DNA of 64,000 nt from an uncultured Spirochaetales bacterium. Lineage in GTDB: Bacteria > Myxococcota_A > UBA9160 > PR03. Under the pieces are notes generated by a model. It saw only the letters and a program-made list of their open reading frames with translations. It was not told where the DNA came from and searched no databases. This document shows positions 55,582 to 64,000 of the stretch, in pieces (the stretch's first letter is position 1; each line of letters begins with the position of its first letter). A program made the position numbers and the translations under genes. The stretch is taken from positions 3,659 to 67,658 of the forward strand of contig CAYGWM010000001.1 in NCBI GenBank assembly GCA_964353555.1, written 5' to 3'.

Positions 55582-58500
55582 ATGCCCCTAACCCCCGTCG
55601 GCCCCGCCGCGCGCGCGTGGTTCGAATCCTCGTTCGAACACGCGACGCCCGTGCAGGCGCAGGGTTGGGCGCGCATCGCCGCCGGCGAGCACGCGCTGCT
55701 GATCGCGCCGACCGGTAGTGGCAAGACGCTCGCGGCGTTCTTCTATTGCATCGATCGGCTCTCGCGCGCCGACGACGCCGAGCCGCCGCGGCCGCCCGGC
55801 GTGCGTGTGCTCTACATCTCGCCGCTGAAAGCGCTCGTCTACGACATCGAGCGCAATCTGCGCGCGCCGCTCGTCGGTGTGCGGCGCGCGGCCGAGAAGC
55901 TCGCGCTGCCGGTGCGGATGCCGCGCGTAGCGGTGCGCACCGGCGACACGCCCGCACGTGAGCGACAGGAGCAGGCGCGCGATCCCGCCGAGATCCTCGT
56001 CACGACGCCCGAGTCGCTGTACCTGATCCTCGGCTCCGCGCAGCGCGAGACGCTGCGCAGCGTCGAGTGGGTGATCGTCGACGAGATCCACGCGCTGGCG
56101 CCGACCAAGCGCGGCGCGCATCTCGCGCTGTCGCTGGAACGCGTCGCGATGCTGACCGCCAGCGATCCTCAACGCATCGGACTCTCCGCCACCGCCCGAC
56201 CGCTCGCGGAAGTCGCGCGCTTCCTCGGCGGTGATCGGCCCGTGGCGGTGGTCGATACCAGCGCGCGCCCGCGCCTCGACGTCGAGATCTGCGTGCCGGT
56301 TCCCGACATGACGCGCCCCGTCACGCCCGCGTCACAACAACCTGACAAAACCGCCGACACGAGCCCGGCACCATTCTCGAGTTTCTTGACGGAGTTGCCG
56401 GAGCCTTCGTTGGGGTTGTGGCCGGCGATCTATCCGGCGCTGCTCGAGCAGGTGCTGGCGCATCGGTCGACGATCCTGTTCGTGAATTCGCGGGGGCTTT
56501 GCGAGCGGCTCTGTCAGCGGCTGAACGAGCTTGCGGGCGAGGAGATTTTGCTCGCGCATCATGGGAGCATTGCGCACGAGCAGCGGCGCGAGATCGAGGA
56601 GGCGCTGAAGGCGGGGCGGATTCGCGGGATCGTTGCGACGTCGAGTCTGGAACTCGGTATCGACATGGGCGCGGTCGATCTGGTGTTGCTCGTGGAGTCG
56701 CCCGGCGCGGTCGCGCGCGGCTTGCAGCGGATCGGGCGTGCGGGGCACCAGGTCGGCGAGGTTTCGAAGGGCCGCGTCTATCCCAAACACCGCGGCGATC
56801 TACTCGAAGCCACCGTCGTGTGCCGCGGCATGGAAGAGGGCGCCGTCGAGGCGACGCAGCTCCCGCGCAATCCGCTCGATGTGCTGGCGCAGCAGATCGT
56901 TGCGATGTGCGGCGTTGCGCCGTGGCAGGTGGATGAGCTGGAGCGCGTGGTGCGCCGCGCGGCGAACTACCGCGATCTGTCGCGCGATGCGCTGGTCGCG
57001 GTGCTCGACATGCTCGCGGGTCGCTACCCGTCCACCGATTTCGCCGAGCTGCGGCCGCGCCTCGTCTGGGACCGCGAAGCCGACGTGCTGACGCCGACAC
57101 GCGGCGCCGCAAAGCTTTCTGTGCTGTCGGGTGGCACGATCCCCGATCGCGGCATGTACACCGTGCACGTCGGCGGCGAGGGTCCGCGCGTTGGCGAGCT
57201 CGACGAAGAGATGGTCTTCGAGTCGCGGCCGGGGCAGACGATCACGCTCGGCGCGTCGACCTGGCGCGTCATCGAGATCACACGCGATCGCGTACTCGTT
57301 GCGCCGGCGCCTGGCGAAGTCGGACGCCTGCCGTTCTGGCGCGGCGAAGGACCGGGGCGCCCGATCGAACTCGGCCGCGCGCTCGGCGCGTTCGTGCGCG
57401 AAGTCGCGGACAAACCACGCGAGGAGGCCGAGGCCTGGCTGCGCGAGACGCATCACCTCGACGCGTTCGCCGCGCGCAATCTGCTCGACCACTTGCACGA
57501 GCAGCGAGAAGCGACCGGCACGTTGCCCACCGATCGCGCCATCACGATCGAACGCTTCCGCGATGAACTCGGCGACTGGCGTGTCTGCATCCTCTCGCCG
57601 TTCGGTGCGCGCGTGCACACGCCGTGGGCGCTGGCGCTCGAAGCGCAGCTCGGCGCGGACGCCGGCTTCGAGGTGCAGGCGGTGTCGAGCGACGACGGCA
57701 TCGTGCTGCGTTTCGCCGATGCCGACGTGCTGCCGGACGTCGACGCGCTGCTGCCCGATCCTGAAATCGTCGAAGACCTGATCGTCTCGCAGCTCGGGAA
57801 CTCGGCGCTCTTTGCCGCGAACTTCCGGGAGAACGCGGCGCGCGCGCTGCTGCTGCCGCGCCGCCGGCCGGGCTCGCGTACACCGCTCTGGGTGCAGCGC
57901 CTCAAGTCGCAGAACCTGCTCGCAGTCGCGCGGCAGTTCCCGAGCTTCCCGATCATCCTCGAGACCTACCGCAGCTGCTTGCAAGACGTCTTCGATCTGC
58001 CGGGCCTCGTCGATCTGCTGCGCCGCATCCGCTCGCGCGAGGTGCGCGTCGATCAAGCCGAAACGCGCATCGCGTCGCCGTTCGCTCGCTCGTTGGTCTT
58101 CGCGTACACGGCTGCATACCTGTATCAAGGCGACTCGCCGGCGGCCGAGCGCCGCGCGCAGGCGCTGCAGCTCGATCGCAACATGCTGCGCGACCTGCTC
58201 GGCCAGGAGCAGCTGCGCGATCTGCTCGACGCCCGCGCACTCGAAGAAGTGGAAGACGAGCTGCAGGGACGCGCCGAGGTGATGCGCGTCTCGCACCTGG
58301 ACTCGCTGGTCGATCTGCTGCGCCGCGTCGGCGATCTCACCAGCGATGAGCTAGCCGCTCGCTGCGAAGAAGATCCCGCTGCGTGGCTCGCCGAGTTGTC
58401 GTCGCGACGGCGCATCGTCGCGATCCGGATCGCCGGCGAATCCCGCTTCATCGCCGCCGAGGACGCCGCGCTGTACCGCGACGCGCTGGGCTGCGTGCTG

Positions 58501-60039
58501 CCCGTGGGTCTCGCGAGCGCGCTGCTCGAACCGACAGTCGAGCCGATGGAGCAACTGTTGCTGCGCTACGCGCGAACGCACGCGCCGTTCGTGGCGGCGC
58601 AGCTCGCGCGTCGCTTCGATCTGTTGCCGGCGCAAGCGGAAGTGGCGCTCGGGCTGCTCGAAGCGCGCGGGCGGCTGCTCTCCGGCGAGTTCCGCCCGGG
58701 CGGTCGCGAGCACGAGTGGTGCGACGCCGAGGTGCTGCGCCGGATCCGCCGCCGCACGATGGCGAAGCTGCGGGGTGAGGTTGCTGCTGTCGAAGCGCGC
58801 GTGCTCGCGCGCTTCCTGCCGTCGTGGCACGGCATCGGCGCCGCACACGGCGGCGAGCGCCGACTCGACGACGCGCTCGCGCAGCTCGAGGGCGTGCCGC
58901 TGCCGTTTTCGGATCTGGAACGGATGATCCTGCCCGCGCGCGTGCGCGACTTCGATCCGCGCATGCTCGATGAACGCGGCGCGCTCGGGAAACTCGTCTG
59001 GGTCGGCTGCGGCGCGCTCGGCGAACGCGACGGCCGCGTCGCGCTCTACCGCCGCGAGCGCGCGGGCCTGCTGGTCGACGTTCTCGACGCCCCCGCGGAA
59101 CTCGGCGCGCTGCACCGCGCGATGCTCGAACACCTCGAGCTTCGTGGCGCTTCGTTCTTCGCCGGACTGCTCGCAATCGCGGGCGCTGCCAGCGAGCGAC
59201 AGGTCTTCGATGCGCTGTGGGATCTCGTCTGGGCGGGCCTCGTCACGAACGACACCTTCAATCCACTGCGCGCACTCGCGGCGCGCGCAGAGAAGCGACG
59301 ACCGGGTAGGAACGCGCCTTCACCGGCAGCGGGGCGCTGGTCGCTGGTCGCGCAACTGGTGACGGGGCCGGTCGACGTGACGCGCCGCGCGCATGCGCGC
59401 TCGCTGGTGTTGCTCGATCGTTGGGGCATCGTTGCGCGCGATGCGCTCGCCGCGGAGGCAATTGCCGGCGGCTTTTCCGCCGTCTACCCGGTGCTGCGCG
59501 CGATGGAAGAGGCGGGCAAGATCCGCCGGGGTCACTTCGTCGATGGACTCGGCGGCGCGCAGTTCGCGTTCGCCGGCGCGGTCGATCAGCTGCGCGCGGC
59601 GCGCGATCGCAGCGACCAGGCCGATTTCGTGTTGCTCGCCGCGACGGATCCCGCGAATGCATACGGCGCCGTGCTGCCGTGGCCCGCGCCGACGCAGCGC
59701 GCAGACGCGGAAGCGGCAAGGCCGCGCCGCGCCGCGGGCGCCGCGGTCGTGCTGGCGGACGGAGAACTCGCGCTCTACCTCGATCGTGGCGGGCGGCAGG
59801 TGCTGAGCTTCCCCACCGTCGGCGGTGGCGGAGCGTTCGCGAGCGCGGTGGGCGCGCTGCGCGGGCTACTCGCCGATCGCCGCCGTCGCGCGTTGCGCAT
59901 CGAACGCATCGACGGCGAAGTCGCGCTCGATTCGCCGCTGCGCAGAGCATTCGAACAGGCGGGCTTCCGCGCCGAGTACAAGGGCCTCGCGCTCGATCGC
60001 TTCGCTGCGGAGAGCGCGCCCGCTCGCACCAGTCCTTGA
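55582..60039 (+). CDS. lhr: Lhr-family large ATP-dependent DNA/RNA helicase
   Basis: 1485 aa. 'ATPVQAQGW', 'APTGSGKT', 'DEIH', 'SATA', 'HHGSIAHEQR' and 'ATSSLELGIDMG', followed by a long Lhr-type C-terminal extension. Confidence 0.9.
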   Translation: MPLTPVGPAARAWFESSFEHATPVQAQGWARIAAGEHALLIAPTGSGKTLAAFFYCIDRLSRADDAEPPRPPGVRVLYISPLKALVYDIERNLRAPLVGVRRAAEKLALPVRMPRVAVRTGDTPARERQEQARDPAEILVTTPESLYLILGSAQRETLRSVEWVIVDEIHALAPTKRGAHLALSLERVAMLTASDPQRIGLSATARPLAEVARFLGGDRPVAVVDTSARPRLDVEICVPVPDMTRPVTPASQQPDKTADTSPAPFSSFLTELPEPSLGLWPAIYPALLEQVLAHRSTILFVNSRGLCERLCQRLNELAGEEILLAHHGSIAHEQRREIEEALKAGRIRGIVATSSLELGIDMGAVDLVLLVESPGAVARGLQRIGRAGHQVGEVSKGRVYPKHRGDLLEATVVCRGMEEGAVEATQLPRNPLDVLAQQIVAMCGVAPWQVDELERVVRRAANYRDLSRDALVAVLDMLAGRYPSTDFAELRPRLVWDREADVLTPTRGAAKLSVLSGGTIPDRGMYTVHVGGEGPRVGELDEEMVFESRPGQTITLGASTWRVIEITRDRVLVAPAPGEVGRLPFWRGEGPGRPIELGRALGAFVREVADKPREEAEAWLRETHHLDAFAARNLLDHLHEQREATGTLPTDRAITIERFRDELGDWRVCILSPFGARVHTPWALALEAQLGADAGFEVQAVSSDDGIVLRFADADVLPDVDALLPDPEIVEDLIVSQLGNSALFAANFRENAARALLLPRRRPGSRTPLWVQRLKSQNLLAVARQFPSFPIILETYRSCLQDVFDLPGLVDLLRRIRSREVRVDQAETRIASPFARSLVFAYTAAYLYQGDSPAAERRAQALQLDRNMLRDLLGQEQLRDLLDARALEEVEDELQGRAEVMRVSHLDSLVDLLRRVGDLTSDELAARCEEDPAAWLAELSSRRRIVAIRIAGESRFIAAEDAALYRDALGCVLPVGLASALLEPTVEPMEQLLLRYARTHAPFVAAQLARRFDLLPAQAEVALGLLEARGRLLSGEFRPGGREHEWCDAEVLRRIRRRTMAKLRGEVAAVEARVLARFLPSWHGIGAAHGGERRLDDALAQLEGVPLPFSDLERMILPARVRDFDPRMLDERGALGKLVWVGCGALGERDGRVALYRRERAGLLVDVLDAPAELGALHRAMLEHLELRGASFFAGLLAIAGAASERQVFDALWDLVWAGLVTNDTFNPLRALAARAEKRRPGRNAPSPAAGRWSLVAQLVTGPVDVTRRAHARSLVLLDRWGIVARDALAAEAIAGGFSAVYPVLRAMEEAGKIRRGHFVDGLGGAQFAFAGAVDQLRAARDRSDQADFVLLAATDPANAYGAVLPWPAPTQRADAEAARPRRAAGAAVVLADGELALYLDRGGRQVLSFPTVGGGGAFASAVGALRGLLADRRRRALRIERIDGEVALDSPLRRAFEQAGFRAEYKGLALDRFAAESAPARTSP

Positions 60040-60061
60040 GGCTGCGATTGTCCGAAGCGGA

Positions 60062-60913
60062 TCAGTAGGCGATCGACGCGAGCCACGCGCCGCGCGGTTC
60101 CTGGTAGCGGCCCATGCTCATCAGCGTCAGCGGCTGCACGATGCGCAGGCCCTGCTCGAGGCACCAGCGCAGCAGCGCGGCGTTGCGCGTCGGGACGAGA
60201 AAGCCGGGTCCGTGGAAGATCGGTGCGGCGGCGATCAGCGCCTGCACGTCCTCGTTGGTCTCGCCGACCGCGTGGCTGAAGAACGCGATGCCGGTTGCGT
60301 AGCCGGTGATGCGACCCGCGCGCAGCGCCACTTGCGCGTTGCCGCTCCGGATCGCGTCGGCGACTTCGCCGCTGCGCGTATGATCGTGAACGCGGAGGCA
60401 GAGCGCATCGCAGCCGGCGAGGTCGTCGGCATTCGCGCGGCGCACGGTGAATCCCGGGAGCTGCTTCGCGAGCGGGGTTCCCTGCAAGCACGAAAGTGGT
60501 TCGCGCGGATCGAAGCCGAGCTTCGAGTACAGCGACAGCGAACGGTTGTGGAAGGCGGCCTGTACCAGTCGCACACCGGCGAACGACGACGCGCGCGCGA
60601 GGACGTGCCCCATCAGCAGTCGACCGACGCCCGCGTTCTGCAACTGTGGGTCGACGGTGATCGGACCGACGCCGGCGATCTCAGAACGTTCGTCGAGTAC
60701 GTTGCTGCCGAGCAGCACGCCGTCGCGCTCGGCCACCACCACGTGGAAGCCGGGGTGGGCGATCATCATGCGCAACAGGCCGATGCCCATCTCGGGGGTC
60801 GGGATGTCGGGCGGGAAGTTGTGCGCCTCGTTGATCGCGCGGAACGCTTCGTAGCAGATGCGCCCGCAGCGCTCGGCGTCCTCGGGTCGTCCCTCGCGCA
60901 GAGCGATCGACAT
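60062..60913 (-). CDS. GNAT-family N-acetyltransferase (two-domain)
   Basis: 'ITVDPQLQNAGVGRLLM' (acetyl-CoA motif), 283 aa. RBS 'aaggagg'. Confidence 0.75.
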   Translation of the reverse strand: MSIALREGRPEDAERCGRICYEAFRAINEAHNFPPDIPTPEMGIGLLRMMIAHPGFHVVVAERDGVLLGSNVLDERSEIAGVGPITVDPQLQNAGVGRLLMGHVLARASSFAGVRLVQAAFHNRSLSLYSKLGFDPREPLSCLQGTPLAKQLPGFTVRRANADDLAGCDALCLRVHDHTRSGEVADAIRSGNAQVALRAGRITGYATGIAFFSHAVGETNEDVQALIAAAPIFHGPGFLVPTRNAALLRWCLEQGLRIVQPLTLMSMGRYQEPRGAWLASIAY

Positions 60914-60987
60914 TGTGCCTCCTTCCGTTGGTCGCGCATGTTGCCACGACTACCGCACCGGAAGGAGGCCAATTGCGCACGAACAAA

Positions 60988-61326
60988 TCAGGCCGTTCGA
61001 ACCGCATGCGCCGCGACGACGCCGGACTCGGCGCGCTTGCTGCTCTCGCGCCGGATCAGGTACAGCAGCGGCCCCATCGAGCCGAGCGTCACGGTGAGCA
61101 GCAGGTACGGCCACAGCGTCGCGCCGCGCTCGCGCGCGTCGTTCCACATCCAGACGCTGAAGAGCGACAGCGCGATCAGCAGGTCCGCGACCACGAGCAG
61201 CGTCGGGTATCCCGCGCTGAGCAGGTTCTCGAAGAAACCGATGTAGCCGAAATGGACGATCGCATAGGCCGTCTCGAAACCGAAGGCGGCGAGTACGACG
61301 CCGAGCAGGATCTGGGTCTTGGTCAT
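60988..61326 (-). CDS. small membrane protein (DUF2834-like)
   Basis: 112 aa, 3-4 TM, 'WMWNDARERG...WPYLLLTVTLGSMGPLLYL'. The family assignment is from memory only. Confidence 0.5.
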   Translation of the reverse strand: MTKTQILLGVVLAAFGFETAYAIVHFGYIGFFENLLSAGYPTLLVVADLLIALSLFSVWMWNDARERGATLWPYLLLTVTLGSMGPLLYLIRRESSKRAESGVVAAHAVRTA

Positions 61327-61437
61327 CTCGTGTTCCTTTCGTGGGCTGGGCGCCGTCGCCCAGTAGTGATCGATCGCATCTGCAACCGACGTGCCCGCGT
61401 CACGGCGCTACCAGCGCGAGCTTCGCGGGCGGAAACG

Positions 61438-61479
61438 TTGCAGCGCTGCAACGTCGTGAGGAGCGCTTGCAACGCTGCC
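61438..61479. promoter_or_regulatory. TTGCA-type palindrome pair upstream of the two-component operon
   Basis: A perfect 14-bp palindrome TTGCAGCGCTGCAA lies at 61438-61451, and a related half-palindrome TTGCAACGCTGC at 61467-61478. A further TGCAAC is at 61381-61386. All lie in the 216-nt divergent intergenic region. Confidence 0.4.
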
Positions 61480-61542
61480 GACAGCGCGTGCATCGCAAGC
61501 GTTCGCGCGGATCCGGTATGCGCCTTGCTGTAGGCTCCGGCC

Positions 61543-62510
61543 GTGCCGCTGCTCGCATCACTCCGCAGACACTGGGACTGGATCGGCCTCGCCGCGGGCG
61601 TCGCGATGGGGTTCGCCGACTACGGTCTGTTCGTCTTCATGGGTTCGCCCGAGCTCTCGCCGCCGGATCCCGCGATCTTCGCGATCGGCCTCGCGGTGAC
61701 CTTCGGCGCGCTCGGCTTCGCAGTCGGGCGGCTCGCGATCCAGCGCCAGCGTGCGCGCCGCGACGCCGACACGATCGCGCGCCAGCTCCGCCAGCTCGAA
61801 GACGCGCAGCGCGCGCTGGTGCAGCATGAAAAGCTCGCCGCGATCGGCCGGATCGCCGCGGGCGTCGCGCACGAGGTGCGCAACCCGCTCGGCGTGATCC
61901 GCGCTTCGGCGGCGCTGATGCGCGAGGGCTTCGCGCCCGGCGACGACTCGTTCCGCGCCTGCCAGTTCATTTGCGACGAAAGCGATCGCCTGAACGGCTT
62001 GGTGACGACACTGCTCGACTTCTCGCGGCCGACGCAGCCGCGCATCGAAGCGATCGACGTCGAGAAGGTCCTCGATCACGCTCTCGAGTTGGCGGGCGAT
62101 GCGCTCCGCGCGATCGACGCGCGCGCAGTCCGCGAGATTGCGCCTCAGCAGGGCACGGTGCGCGCCGATCCGCACCTACTGGCGCAGGTGTTGCTCGATC
62201 TGCTGATCAATGCGGCGGAGGCGGTGGCGCCGCAAGGTCGCATCGCGGTGCGGGTTGCGAGCGACGCCGCAGCGCTGCGCATCGATGTCGCGGACGATGG
62301 TCCGGGTGTTGCGCCGTCGCTGCGCGCGCAACTCTTCGAGCCCTTCGTCACCACGAAACCGCGTGGTACCGGCCTCGGGCTCGCGATGGCGCTGCGCATC
62401 GCCGAGGCGCATGGCGGCACGCTGGTGTTCGTCGAGGGCGCGGGCGCCGGAGCAGATGGCGCCGGCGCGTGCTTCCGACTCGCCTTGCCGGCGCGGAGCG
62501 AGGTCGCCGC

Positions 62511-62514
<4 letters not shown>
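61543..62514 (+). CDS. sensor histidine kinase (2 TM, HisKA + HATPase)
   Basis: H-box 'AAGVAHEVRNPL', N-box 'LLINAAEA', 'DDGPGV' and 'GTGLGLAMA'. GTG start. Confidence 0.85.
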
Positions 62515-63878
<1,364 letters not shown>

Positions 63879-64000
63879 GAGGCGTTCGAGCCGGCTCGGC
63901 CGCGGGCGGGCCTGATGGAGCTCGCCGCTCGGATTCGCCTCGCTACGCGGGACGATGGGGCTTCGGAGTCATGTGCTGGGGTTTCTGCGGCGGCTGTAGT

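Noticed and set aside
55523-55957. Upstream part of the 209-aa minus-strand ORF 55328..55957
   Set aside because: Only the last 64 codons look protein-like (GNAT N-terminus). The upstream part is Arg/Ala-rich and antisense to the lhr start region.

Overview
All calls come from reading the sequence and the supplied ORF translations; no database search or computation was run. The window is a densely coded, very GC-rich stretch of bacterial chromosome: typical hand-counted 60-nt lines are about 75-78% GC. A Pal lipoprotein, LspA and a sigma-54 NtrC-type regulator suggest a Gram-negative host, possibly myxobacterial or deltaproteobacterial.

I support about 57 protein-coding genes, two decayed genes and three structured or repeat non-coding elements. 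I found no rRNA, tRNA, CRISPR array, transposase or integrase. Many of the long ORFs in the track are high-GC antisense artefacts (Arg/Ala/Pro/Gly-rich, opposite recognisable genes).

**Housekeeping and other genes**
- Enzymes: ferredoxin-reductase-like flavoprotein, GGT, an ALS/OXC-family ThDP enzyme, FabG, P450, VOC, GFA, a DJ-1-like protein and an MBL hydrolase.
- DNA repair: an exonuclease-fused DinG helicase and an Lhr helicase.
- Envelope and translation: Pal, LspA and YciH.
- Regulation: a histidine kinase with a sigma-54 regulator.

**Accessory content, where the interest lies**
1. An approximately 11.3 kb, ten-gene, translationally coupled operon (35623-46899).
   - It combines an extended SDR, HddC-like nucleotidyltransferase, HddA-like GHMP kinase and Fcl-like reductase.
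   - It adds an orphan ThDP E1 alpha/beta pair, a ColD/E1-type His-for-Lys sugar 3-dehydratase and a B12-binding radical SAM enzyme.
   - It ends in a polyprenyl-phosphate GT2 and a 658-aa polytopic membrane protein.
   - I read this as a pathway for a heavily tailored (3-deoxy, C-branched and/or C-methylated) NDP-sugar delivered to the cell envelope through a lipid carrier.
2. This GT2 plus giant membrane protein logic recurs three times, or four if the different grouping at 12055-15671 is counted. Two of the giant proteins are YfhO-like, and SAM methyltransferases sit alongside in two cases.
3. One of these modules is the tail of a minus-strand operon that also encodes an aminotransferase, a MenB/BadI crotonase, an SDR and a Baeyer-Villiger monooxygenase.
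4. A cofactor island carries moaA tightly coupled to folB, then a truncated haemoglobin, a sulfite/nitrite reductase and split FO synthase cofG/cofH. A striking palindromic array of 27-nt repeats lies just upstream of cofG.
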